Shown here: positions 1-11,558 of the stretch, one piece after another
Numbering within the stretch: the first letter of the stretch is position 1
Layout: the number at the start of each line of letters is the position of its first letter
Assembly: GCF_963921235.1 (NCBI RefSeq)
Contig: NC_086109.1
Coordinates: 36,706,001 to 36,770,000 of the forward strand
Reading direction: 5' to 3'
Length of the DNA stretch: 64,000 nucleotides
DNA from: Mobula hypostoma
Taxonomy: Eukaryota
Position numbers and translations under genes: made by a program
Notes under the pieces: generated by a model
The model's input: the letters and a program-made list of their open reading frames with translations, nothing else
Told to the model about the DNA's origin: nothing
Database searches by the model: none

Positions 1-840
1 CTGTACTTAATCAATTCCACAATTATCTTCCTTCAGAATGTATGTCGGCCAAGAATAAGCTGTTTCATATTTTAATGTAATTATAAGCTTTCAATGTTTT
101 CTTATCACTGAATCTGTTGGGACTTCTGGTTTTATAAAACTGCTGGGTTTCTGTTGTATTGCTACAAGTGTGTCACAGATCCCTTGAAGCAGCCTTTTGT
201 TAACATTGGCAAATGATTCCAATTCTTGGATTTTGTCATGTTACCACCAAATCCTTTTGTAAAGGATGGATTTCGAGTCATAACTTCCCTTTCTTTCCCT
301 ATGTTACTATATTTTTTGCCCAAAAGTGGGTTGCCATTAGTTGGGTTATTCGTATTACATTTCAGCCTCAGTCTTCAGGCTTCTACCTTTTTGGTCCTTT
401 TAACACTTTTGTCTATATCCTCGATTTTCATACCATTTGATTCCTTGATTATTGTGACCATACATATTCATATTTTTCTGCCACAATACTGTGTTACTTT
501 ATTCTTCTTTTATTGTTTATTGCTCTTTATGGTACTTTGATACTTAGAAACTTTAAATTTCATTATTTTTGAAAGCATCTTCACTTTACAGAATTGTTTT
601 ACATGTGCCTAAGACGTTTGCACAGCATTGTGTTACACATATAGTATCTCTCATGGCGAGGTCTTGGACCAATTTGGACCTTGGTAGCTCTAATGCATGA
701 CATTATTCATCAGCAAAAGAGATCATGTTCAATTACTTTGTGTTCAGTGTAATTATAACTTCACGAAATTCCATCAGCTGACACATTTGGACTTTGTCTT
801 ATATCCACCTGTTTTCAATACTCAAATCCTCTGATTTTTC

Positions 841-1152
841 AGAAACATAGAAAACCTGCAGCACAGTACAGACCCTTTGGCCCACAATGCTGTGCCAAAC
901 GTGTACTTACTTTAGAAATTGCATAGGTTTACCCATAGCCCTCTATTTTTCTAAGCTCCTTGTACCTATCCAGGAGTTTCTTAAAAGACCCGATTGTATC
1001 CGCCTCCACCACAGTCACCAGCAGCCCATTCCACGCACTCACCACTCTCTGCGTAAGAAACTTACCCCTGACATCCCCTCTGTACCTACTTCCAAGCACC
1101 TTAAAACTATGCCCTCTCGTGATAGCTATTACAGTCCCAGGAAAAAAGCCTC
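841..1152 (-). mobile_element. CR1-clade LINE 3' end fragment
   Basis: Starts with the reverse complement of the CR1 tail (AGAAACATAGAAA). Contains GCCCATTCCACGCACTCACCACTCTCTGCGTAAGAAAC, the reverse complement of the ORF2 C-terminal FLTQRVVSAWN motif; compare the copy at 43000-43255. Confidence 0.8.
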
Positions 1153-1154
1153 CG

Positions 1155-2450
1155 ACAATCTACATAGATGGTAGTTGAGCAATGCCTCAGCATACAGTCA
1201 TGGGTATAGAGAGAATAGAGCAGTGGGCTAAGCACACACCCCTGAGGTGCACCAGTGTTGATCATCACTGAGGAGGAGATATTATCAACAATCCACACAG
1301 ATTGTGGTCTTCTGGTTAGGAATTCCAATTGCAGAGGGAGGTACAGAGGCCCAGGTTCTGTAACTGCTCAGTCAGGATTGTGGGAATGGTGGTGTTACGT
1401 GCTGAGTTATAGTCGATAAACAGCACCCTGACATAGGTGTTTGTATTGCTCAGGTGGTCTCAGGCCGTGTGAAGAGCCATTGAAATTGCATCTGCCATTG
1501 ACCTATTGTGATGATAAGCAAATTGCAGTGGGTCCAGGTCTTTGCTGAGGCAGGAGTTCAGTCTAGTCATGACCAACTTCTCAAAGAATTTCATCACTGA
1601 AAATGTGAGTGCTAGTGGGTGATAGTCATTAAGGCAGCTCACATTATTCTTCTTAGGCACTGTTATAAAAGTTGCTTTTTTGAAGTTAGTAGGAACTTCC
1701 ACCCATAGCAGTGAGAGGTTGAAAATGTCCTTAAATATGCCCACCAGTTGGTTGGCACAAGTTTTCAGAGCCTTACCAGGTACTCCATTGGGGCCTTCTG
1801 CCCTGTGAGGGTTCACCCTCTTTAAAGACAGTCCATCATTGGCCTTCAACCAATTACATGGTCACTAGGTGCAGATGAGATCTTCACAGATGTAGTTATA
1901 TTGTCCCTTTCAAAGCAGGCATAAAAGGCATTGAGTTCATCTGGTAGTGAAGCATAGCTGCTATTCATGCTATTGGGCTTTGCTTCGTAGGAAGTAATGT
2001 CTTGCAAACCCTGCCAGAGTTGCTGTACGTCCAATGTTGCCTACAACCTCATTTGAAGTTGTCTCTTCACCCTTGAACTATCCCTCTGCAAGTCATAGCT
2101 GGCTTTCTGGTACTGACCTAGGTCACCAGCCTTGAATGCCACAGATCTAGCCTTCAGCAGACAACATTCCTCCTGGTTCATTCACAGCTTTTGGTTTGGG
2201 AATATACAGCAAATCTTTGTAGGCAAACACTCATCCACACAGGTTTTAATGAAGTCATAACAACTGCAGCATACTCATCCAGATTCAAAGATGAATCCAT
2301 GAATACAGCCCAGGCTATCAATTCAAAGAAGTCCTGTAAGTGCTCCTGTGCTTCCCTTGTTGATACCTTTTGGTCCTCACTACAGGTGCTGCATTCTTCA
2401 GTCTCTACCCATACTCAGGGAGTAGACGTACAGCCAGTGATCAGACTTAT
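1155..2450 (-). mobile_element. Degenerate Rex1/Babar-clade LINE (RT fragments)
   Basis: Minus-strand ORF pieces [39 protein letters not shown] and LPDELNAFYACFE, broken by stops and frameshifts. Confidence 0.85.
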
Positions 2451-2978
2451 GTTCTTTCTTGAATCTCTTTGGTCAAAGTAAAAAACTGTTGATCCCAATA
2501 TTCAATTATATTATTGATTTGCTGTTGTGCTTGTTACATTGTTATCTGCTTGAACTTATAGCATTTACAGCAAGTTATACCACAAAAAAATATATCAAAC
2601 TCTAATGTAACTATCTGAGTTCTCAGGAGATGTTGTAAAAAGCATACAAACACAGCAAAGTAACTTAAGTCTAATTTATTATGATAAAAGAGAAACCACA
2701 AATAAACCACACAAAATACTACATAATAAGTAACAAAGATTTCAGGGATCATGAATCTTAGTCACCACTGATTGTCACTGTTGTTGGGAAAACTACCCTG
2801 GGTCACAGGCACTGATTGGAATTTCTAGTCCATGGTTGAAATCCAGCGTACCCCTAGGAAGTGTATCCCAATTAATATGAGTTCCACAAGTGTAGAGAGA
2901 CACACAGAGACAAGCTCTTTGATCTTTTGTTCTCATGCCATTAACTGAGCCTGATTTCCTTCATCCAAGGAACACACG

Positions 2979-4556
2979 TCAGAATCAGAATCAGAATCAG
3001 ATTTAATATCATTGGCATATGTCAAGGAACTTGTTAACTTTACAGCAGCAGTAAAATGAAATACATGATAAATAAATATACAGGAAAAATTGAGCTGCAT
3101 TTTGTGTGTATATGTCTATTAAATAGTTAAGTTAAATAAGCAGTGCAAAATAACAGAAATAAAAAAAGTAATGAGGTAGTATTCATGGGTTCAATGTTCA
3201 TTTAGAAATCAGATGACAGAGGGGAAGAGGCTGTTCCTGAATCACTGAGTGTGTGCATTCAGGCTTCTGTACCTTCTTCTCAATGGTAACTGTGCGTAGA
3301 GGGCATATCCTGCATGATGGGGATGCTGCCTTCCTAAGGCACTGCTTCTCGCGGATGTTTTGGATACTATGGAGACTGATACCCATGAAAGAAATTACTA
3401 ACTTCACAAGTTTCTGCAGTGTATTTCAATCTTGTGCAGTAGCCCTTCCCCATACCAGACAGTGAGGCAGCCTGTCAGAATGCCCTCCATGGTACATCTA
3501 AAGAAGTTTTTGAGTATATTAGTTGACAAACCAAATCTCCTCAAACTCTTAATGAACTATAGCGGCTGCCTTGCCTTCTTTATAGCTGCATCAATATGTT
3601 ACATCCAGGTTAGGTCCTCAGATATTGACACTCAGGAACTTGAAACTGCTCACTCTCTTTACTTCTGATCCCTCTATGAGGATTGGTTTGTGTTCCTTCA
3701 TTTTACACTTCCTGAAGTCCACAACCAGCTCTTTGGTCTTGCTGATGTTGAATGCAAGGTCGCTGCTTCAATAACGCTCAATTTGCTGGTATACTCATTT
3801 CTGTGCGCTCTTTCATCACCTCCTGAAATTCTGCCAACGATCGTTGTACCATCAGCAAGTTTATAGATGCTGTTTGAGCTATGCCTAGCCACACAGTCAC
3901 GGATGTAGAGAGAGTAGAGCAGTGGTCTAAGCATGCATTCCTGGGGAGTGTGTGTTAATTATCAGGGAAGTGGAGCTGTTATTTCCAATCAGCAGAGTTT
4001 GTGGTCTTCCGGTCAGGAAATCGAAGATTCGGTTGCAGAGGGAGGTACAGAGGCCTAGGTTCTGTAGCAGATTTTTGTTCAGGATGGTAGGAATATTATT
4101 GTTAAATGCTGAGCTATAGACAATAAACAGCAACCCACACAAAATGTTGGAGGAACTCAGCAGGCCAGGCAGCATCTATGGAAAAATGTACAGTTAACAT
4201 TTCGGCCAAATTTTTTCCATAGATGCTGCCTGGTCTGCTGAGATCCTCCAGCATTTTGTGTGTGTGTGTTGCTCGGATTTTCAGCATCTGCTGATTTTCT
4301 CTTGTTTGTGACAATAAACAGATATTTGCATTGTCCAGCTGATCCAAGGCTGCGTGGAGAGCCTCTGAGATCACATCTGCTGTTGAACTATTGTGGCGAT
4401 AGGCGGACTGCAGTAGCTCCAGGTCCTTCCTGAGACAGGTGTTGATTCTAGCCAAGACCAGCCTTTCAAAGCATTTCATCACTGTAGATGTGAGTGCTAC
4501 TGGATGATAGTCTTTGAGGCAGCTCACGCTGCTCTTCTTCAGCACTGGTATAATTG
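2979..4556 (-). mobile_element. Degenerate Rex1/Babar-clade LINE, interrupted by a Penelope hairpin
   Basis: (AATCAG)n tail at 2979-3000. ORF pieces CLKDYHPVALTSTVMKCFERLV, YKLADGTTIVGRIS and FDFLTGRPQ. Confidence 0.85.
4131..4309. mobile_element. Penelope-like element terminal fragment (inverted-repeat hairpin)
   Basis: Long inverted arms ACACAAAATGTTGGAGGAACTCAGCAGGCCAGGCAGCATCTATGGAAAAA / TTTTTCCATAGATGCTGCCTGGTCTGCTGAG. Perfect 12-bp TSD GACAATAAACAG at 4119-4130 and 4310-4321. Confidence 0.8.
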
Positions 4557-5184
4557 TTCATTAACACAGTATTCAGCATACCCTTTTAAATCAATTAGAT
4601 GGTTTTATGCTTATTCCATATCCATTGGTCCACCAATGTTTGGGACACAACATTCCTTGGACTTACAAAGAACATTAATATTACATACAAGTGATAATAC
4701 CAAACCCAAATAAGAAGCCATCAATCCAATTTGACAAAAACTAAGAAAGAATCCATCAACTTAGCAGTCAAGTTGACCAACAGACATTTAGACATTAGCA
4801 GACATCCTCATGTTAATGGTGCTGAGACTAAGAGAATCTAGCCGCAGACATTAGCAGACCCAAAGTGCTTACCTTGTACAGATACTTTACAGGCTGTGTG
4901 CTGATAAAGAATTAAATTGTTATTTTGAACTATTCAGACATTCATTCAATGTTTTGCAAAATTTAGTAGAACACATAAGCTGAAAAAGTTGTTAACTTGC
5001 AAGGAAAGCTGTGAAAAAGCAAACCACGCTATCTTCCTGTAACATTATGTGAACATTACATTTCCTCCTTCTCACTCCATTTTCTAGACTCTACTAAAAC
5101 AGCATAAAGTACTGCATTTTAAGAAAGATTATAACAGAATTGTATCATGATTTATTGTTTTCGTTGAACTACAGATGATAAATG

Positions 5185-5589
5185 TTCTACAGATATACCT
5201 TGGAGTACATTTTAATAGGTTGTATTATTCTCTGGTGTGGAGGGGCCACTGTACAGGATCAGAAAAAGCTGCAGAGGATTGCAAACTCACTCAGCTCCAT
5301 CATGGGCACGAGCCTCCCCAGCATCCAGAACATCTTCAAAAGGCGGTTCCTCAAAAAGGTAGCATCCATCATTAAGGCCAGGAACTTGAAGACGCACACT
5401 CAATGTTTTTGAAACAGCTTCTTCCCCTCCCCATCAGATTACTGACCAGACAATGAACCAATCCATGAACACTTGCTAAATATATACTACTGTAATTTAT
5501 AGTATTTATAGTATTTGACTGTACTACTGCCACAAATCAACAAATTTCATGATAAATGTTAGTGATGTTAAACCTGATTCTGATTCTGA
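5185..5589 (+). mobile_element. Rex1/Babar LINE 3' fragment
   Basis: ORF FYRYTLEYILIGCIILWCG...DQKKLQRI, typical of the Rex1 C-terminus, ending in a (CTGATT)n tail. Confidence 0.75.
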
Positions 5590-5868
5590 ACTATTTCCTA
5601 TCGCTTCATATATTTTATTTACCTTGGTTAGTACGTTTGTTCTTTGAAGAGAAGTGTAATAGTTACTGAGGTAAAATAAAAAGTATTAGAAAATAAAATT
5701 CATGATTTTTTATGCTGCATCAGGACTGTAATTCCATCGTAACCTGTGACTGTTGACTTCTATTGGAGTTTATCTGATTAACTTCATATTACATACTATC
5801 TGTCGATATATCTTGATATTTACTATCTTATTCCCCTATGTAATCTGAAGGAAAGCTAACCAATATAT

Positions 5869-6370
5869 GCTCAGTGGCCACTTTATTAGATTTACCTGCT
5901 TACTAATGCAAATATCTATTTAGCTAACCATGTGGCAGTAGTTTAATATATAAAAGTGCTGCAGACATCGTCAAGGAGTTCATTTGTTGTTCAAAACAAT
6001 CATCAGAAAGGCAAAGAAATGTGATCTCAGTGACCTTGACAACAGCACAATTGTTGGCGACAGATGGGGTGGATTGAGTATTTCAGAAACTGCTGATCAC
6101 CTGGATTTTCACACATAACAGTCTCTAGGGTTACGTAGAAAGGTGAAAAAAGCAAAAGCAAAAAACATCAAGTATGTGGCAGTTCTGTGGGCAAAAATGC
6201 CTTGTTAATGAGAGCGATCAAAGGAGTATGATCAGATTAGTTCGAGCTGTCAACAAGGCAACAGTTACAACAGTGGTGAGTATGAAAGCACTTCTGAATG
6301 CACAATACATTGAACCTTGAAGAGTATGGGCTACAGCAGCAGAAGACCATGGACGTACTCAGTGATCACA
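5869..6370 (+). mobile_element. Tc1/mariner DNA transposon fragment (TIR and N-terminal HTH of transposase)
   Basis: Starts with TIR-like CTCAGTGGCCACTTTATTAG. Degenerate translation KKCDLSDLDNSTIVGDRWGGLSISETADH resembles the Tc1 transposase N-terminus. Ends near MGYSSRRP. Confidence 0.75.
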
Positions 6371-7205
6371 AAGTGCATGTCCTCCCATGAAACTAGTCTA
6401 CTGGCTTATATACTATAAATATTTTTCAATTTGAAAGATGACAATGTGCAACACAGCCCTGCAGCAGTGACCTAGAGTTTGATGGATGAAGCCACCTGAC
6501 TTAATAGTGTGGGTGAAATGAATGTATTGACTTTTTCAAGTGTGCATATTACCTTGGCAGAGCTTGTCACATAACTCTAATTCACTGAAAATGTATCTTT
6601 TGAAAGGAGAGTGCAATGCTAATTATTTCTTTTCTTGCAGAGGTAAGAATTAATTCATTTTTATTAACCCACACTTGTCAAGCAATTGGGCTTGCATCAA
6701 TATTCCCGTCACATTCTGTCCCTGTGAATCTTTCTGAATGACAATTGGACAGATTCACAATTGAAGTGGGCGTGTACTCAAAATGCAAATGAAAAATTAA
6801 TTAAAAATAACATTTATTATTGCTGAAGCTGATGAATTGTTCTGATGAAGCTAGAAAGAAGCAATGAATGAGGAGGTAATTTCCATCACAAAACAGATTT
6901 TTTTTGCATAGCCTAGATTATGTATTTCAAACATGTTACTATCTCTAAGAAAGCAAAACAAACACTAACCAGTAGTCCATTCCATTGTGATATGTTCCCC
7001 TTGGAAAAAAAATAGTAGAATTTATCTTTACAGCATTGGGCAAGATTTGCAGTGTTTCAAATTAAGCTTCTTGTTGGCAGTCATGCACATTTAGAGTTTT
7101 GAGCTTCTCTAGCCAATTCGTTTGAGCAAAACCCACAAAAATCTGAGTACCTTGAATGATAGAACAATAGTGGCAGGTTAGTTGGGAACTGCTAGCTCAG
7201 TTTCT

Positions 7206-8029
7206 TGTGACGAAAAACCAAGTTATCAGAAGATTGATACTGATGAGAGAGATAAGGGAGGCAATGGAGAAGCTTTTAAAATGTTAATGAGAGAGGAGAG
7301 AGGTAACGGAAAAGAAACACAATTAAGAGTATTGACAGGCCGGTTGCTTTGAACCTGAACTGTTTGAAGTTTGATGGACAGGCGATACCCCGGCAGGGGG
7401 ATAAAAGGAACAGGTTCGCTTTGGCACACAGACACCACAAGATCACGAGATAACGAGACCCTGGAAAAGCGGTGTGCCCCCACAAGTTGGTGGAGGTTTG
7501 GAGGTCTGGTTGCGGGACCGACCATAGATGCACAGAGTGAAAAGGTACGATCGGCGGGAACCTGGTGTGTGTGTCCGCCCTTGCCTGGGTGCCAGGTTCA
7601 CCACTTGAAGAACGGTCGTATCCAGAACGGAGGGGTCACAGTCGGTGACCACAAAAGACATTAAAAGGGTTCACCCGAAAGCTAACTGCGAAGAACAAAG
7701 GTCTGCCTGAATCAGATTTGCATATTCTCTCTCTCTCCAATGGCACAACAGCGATTACTGCAAACTGTACTAAGCTGAACTGAACTCTGCGTCACTTGAG
7801 ACTGATCATTTTACCCCTAGACTGCGATAGAGCTTGATTGATTCCTATTATCCTAGTTCTGTGTACATGTGTGTTTTTATCATTGCTAACCTGTTGCATT
7901 TATATCATTATGATTAGAGTACTGTGTTACTTATTTCTTTAATAAAACTTCCTTAGTTCCAGTAACCCAGACTCCAACTAAGTGGTCCATTTCTGCTGGT
8001 TTGGCAACTCAGTTACCAGGTACGTAACA
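7206..8029 (+). repeat. 5' LTR of the Gmr1-like element
   Basis: TGTGACGAA...GGTACGTAACA with an AATAAA near 7941. Homologous along its length to the solo LTR at 23263-24082 (minus). Confidence 0.85.
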
Positions 8030-8128
8030 TAAGTAGGGATCTCCTCCGCGATTTTGAACGCCAAATTTGGGACTGGGTAAATTGATTGGGTTAAAATTCC
8101 TGAAAGAAAGAAAGGGCAAACAGCAGAA

Positions 8129-10267
8129 ATGGAGATTGAGGAATTTCTAAAGGCGCCAACCTTGGAGGCATTAGAGGATGCCAGGAAATCAGAATTGGCA
8201 ACTGTGGCCAAACGGTTGAATCTTTTTAAGGGGAAGTCAACAATGAGGAGAGTGGAGATGCACAGAGCTATCATAGAGCATTATGTATCTAAAGATGTGT
8301 TTCCCCAAGGGGAGCTGGAGGTGGTATCTATGGGCAAACCTGGTGGAGAAGCAGTACAGCTGCAGATGGAAAAATTGAGACTCGATCACGAGTTCCGGGT
8401 AAAACAGCTGGAGCGAGAAGAGAGGGACAGGCAGTTAGAACGCGAAGAGAGAATAAAACAGCTGGAGCGAGAAGAAAGGGACAGGCAGTTAGAATGACAA
8501 GAGAGAGAGAAGCAGAAGGACAGGGAACTTGAACTGGAGAAGTTAAGGATGATGCTAGCGCAGGGGCCCATGCCGAACCAAGGTGGAGAGTTCAGGGCGA
8601 CCCAGGAGGTTAGGCTGGTTCCCCTATTTGAGGAGGCTGATGTTGATCGGTACTTTCTCCATTTTGAAAAAGTCGCTGCAAGTCAGGACTGGCCGAGGGA
8701 TAAGTGGGTTGTTTTGCTTCAGAGCGTACTTAAAGGGAAGGCTCAACAAGCTTACTCAGCGTTGTCCGCAGAAGATGCCCAGAGGTATGATGTGGTGAAA
8801 GAGGCGGTACTCAGGATTTATGAGTTGGTCCCAGAGGCATACCGGCAAAGGTTCCGGAATGCGAGGAAGCAATGGGGCCGCATATATTTAGAGTTTGCCC
8901 ATGAGATGCAGATATATTGTGAGCATTGGTGCGCCTCGAAAGGGAATAATGGGGATTATGACAGACTGCTACAGCTAATACTGATTGAGCAGTTTAAAGA
9001 TTGTGTCCCTGAAGGTATGAGACCCTACCTAGATGAGAAAGAGGCAGCCACGTTAGCCGCAACTGCTAAGTTAGCGGATGAGTATGCGTTAACACACAAA
9101 GTGAAGTTTACCCTGAGTAAAAGCTACCAGAAGGGTAGTCAAGAGGGCGGGGAGAGTCCGCCAGAAAAGTCAGAAAGTAAGCTGGGGACTAGTGAGAGGG
9201 ATAAGGTAGACCAGGAGCATTTTGGTAGGAAGTCTCCTGGGGTCATATGCTATAATTGTGGGAAAGCTGGTCACTTTACGTCCAGGTGCTTTGCCCCAAA
9301 GAAGGAGACGGGTAAAGGAAAAACGACTCCGACTGGCAGTATTGAGCTAGGAAACAAACCGCTAGGGGAGAAGAGGTCTGATAAAGTTCAGGAAGGGCGC
9401 GAGAGGTTTATCTCGGCCGGATTGGTGTCGGTGAAGGAGGGGTTAAACCCAGTTCCAGTACGGATCTGGAGAGACACTGGAGCTTGTCAGTCATTGATAT
9501 TAAAGGGTGTGTTAGACTTTAGTTCAGAGACCCAGACTGGGGAGGTCAGGGTGATCAAAGGCTTTGGGAAAGGGATTGAAGCAGTACCTTTGCACCAGAT
9601 ACACCTAAAAAGCGACTTGGTCTCCGGACTGGTCACGATTGGGGTGAGGCCCGAACTACCGATGGAAGATGTGGAGGTCTTACTCGGTAATGACCTCACT
9701 GGCGGAGAGGTGTACCCAGCACTAAAACTGACAAGCCAGCCTGCCAGCATTGAGGCCCCACCCATGGACTCACAGGTTTATCCTGTTTGCGCAGTGATTC
9801 GGCGCATGTCGAGAAAGGCTGCTGAAGTGAATATAGATTTAGCTGAGACGTTTTTACCAGCCTTGTACCAGGAGGGGTTAGAAAGTGAGAAACAGTGTAG
9901 TGAAACGGAAGTTAAGGTAGACTTATCATTAGCAAGGAAGGAATTTATACAGGCACAGGAGCGAGACGAGGAGATGATGATTTTGACGGAGACAGCTCTC
10001 TCCGAAGCAGAATTAAAAAGGAAGCCAATGGGCTATTATGTGAAGGAGGGAGTACTAAGGAAGAAATGGAGACCAAGTACCGTGCCCGCAGATGAGGAAT
10101 GGGGGGTGATATTGCCGAAAATTTATGGGGGTGAGATTTTTAACCTGGCCCACAAGATACTCCTCGGTGGACATTTTGGGGTAAGGAAAACAGTCGATAG
10201 TATCATGAAACATTTTACTGGCCGCACAGGAGGAAGGATGCTATTGACTGTTGTAGACGTGATCTAA
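8129..10267 (+). pseudogene. Gag-protease-integrase(N) polyprotein of the Gmr1-like element, one in-frame stop at 8495-8497
   Basis: ORFs 8129-8497 and 8549-10267 share a frame. They show a coiled coil, a SCAN-like segment (PEAYRQRFR...LILIEQF), the CCHC knuckle CYNCGKAGHFTSRC, protease RDTGA and the integrase Zn-binding start AH..LGGHFGVRKT. Confidence 0.85.
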
Positions 10268-10604
10268 CACAGTTACAGGCTTTTGATATGCTAACAGCTT
10301 GCCACGATAGGCGAGCAGACCTAGTCAGTGTTATCACGAAAATTAATGAGGCTAAGGTGCCACCTGATAAGGGGAAAACCCATTTTGAAAGGATAAGTGT
10401 GGTGCCAACCAGGTGGGAGAACTCTACTGTTTTGGCCAACTTTGCTGATGAGTTCTCTCACTTAACCCCCAAACAAAGCGAGCTGCCAATAAAGCTAATT
10501 AACCGGCACGCACACATATGTCCAGATGTCCTGAGACGATGCAAAGAGCCAGGACATGGTGTTGTTGCTACATCAGGTCAGCCTTGTGAGCAACACCCCT
10601 AAGG

Positions 10605-10980
10605 ATGATTAATTCAGTGACAAAAGGGCTAAAGAACGCAGAAGCGTATATTAGCGATTTAGTGGTCTGGAGTGACACATGGGAGGAACTATTTAAAAAG
10701 CTGTTTGAAGCCAGCCGGACAGTGAACCTCGCAAAAAGTGAATTCGGCCACGGAAAGATCACTTATCTGGGATTTGTGGTAAGACAGGGGCAGCTGCACC
10801 AATGCAGGCTAAGGTGCGGACTATCTCTGAAGTCCCCACCCTGACAAACAAGAGAGCCCTGAGAAGGTTCTTGGGGATGGTGGGGTACTATCGGAAATTT
10901 TGCAAAAACTTTGCGGATATTATCCTCCCTCTTACTAAGCTCTTGCCAAAGAATGCTAAGTTTGTGTGGGACGACCCTTG
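10605..10980 (+). pseudogene. RT / connection fragment of the Gmr1-like element
   Basis: AYISDLVVWSDTWEE (degenerate YIDD), VNLAKSEFG..ITYLG and LRRFLGMVGYYRKFCKNFA. Confidence 0.8.
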
Positions 10981-11356
10981 TTATCTTTGTCCGGGGTACG
11001 TAACATTCTGAATAAAAGAAAATGCATTTAACCAAAGAAGAAGTCCTAATCTAAAGGACCAGCAATGTAAAACTGCACACTAATATCTTTAGTAAATTTT
11101 CAAAGTTCCAACTGGAATTGGTTGCAGGTCTGATGCAAGTTAATCCATTGAATTTTGTTTGTAGTAAAAATGTTACGAAATGCACCTAACTACAGCTGTT
11201 TCCAAGGTTTAAACACTCTAACTCTCTAGTGTATGGGTAGCTGTTGTGGCCCCTTTAAGGGTTCAGTACTGTCTCACTAACTGGCAATCATGTGCTAGGT
11301 GCCGAGAATTGAGTACTTAAAGAGCACCGTCAGCCCAACCAGAGATATCATTCAGC

Positions 11357-11558
11357 ACAAACACGAGGAATTCTGCAGATGCTGGAAATTCAAGCAACAC
11401 ATATCAAAGTTGCCGGTGAACGCAGCAGGCCAGGCAACATCTCTAGGAAGAGGTACAGTCGATGTTTCGGGCTCTGTCTCTCTCACTATGAGACTGTACC
11501 TCTTCCTAGAGATGCTGCCTGGCCTGCTGTGTTCACCAGCAACTTTGATATGTGTTGC
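11357..11558. mobile_element. Penelope-like terminal hairpin inserted in the 5' LTR of the sushi-like element
   Basis: Inverted arms GCAACACATATCAAAGTTG...GAGGTACAGTC / GACTGTACCTC...CAACTTTGATATGTGTTGC. Perfect 12-bp TSD ATATCATTCAGC at 11345-11356 and 11559-11570. Confidence 0.82.

Larger units (their letters stand above)
7206..11005 (+). mobile_element. Gmr1-like Gypsy/Ty3 LTR retrotransposon, internally deleted, 3' LTR almost entirely missing
   Basis: TG at 7206, CA at 11005, 4-bp TSD TTCT (7202-7205 / 11006-11009). Domain order is gag-PR-IN(Zn)-RT. A degenerate tRNA-Pro-like PBS lies near 8035-8052. Confidence 0.9.

Noticed and set aside
95..600. Minus-strand purine-rich stretch with a protein-like piece HDKIQELESFANVNKRLLQGICDTLVAIQQK, and plus ORFs 213-440 and 226-540
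   Set aside because: All minus frames have stops, there is no clear splice acceptor, and I recognise no family. The plus ORFs are hydrophobic artefacts of T-rich DNA.
4785..4860. Short repeated AGACATTAGCAGAC motifs and other short repeats as a CRISPR-like array
   Set aside because: Only 2-3 irregular copies with no spacer periodicity, in a eukaryotic context.
4873..5036. Minus-strand donor AAG|GTAAGC near 4870 with upstream acceptors
   Set aside because: The longer candidate exons are closed in all frames. A 28-nt version cannot be linked to anything.
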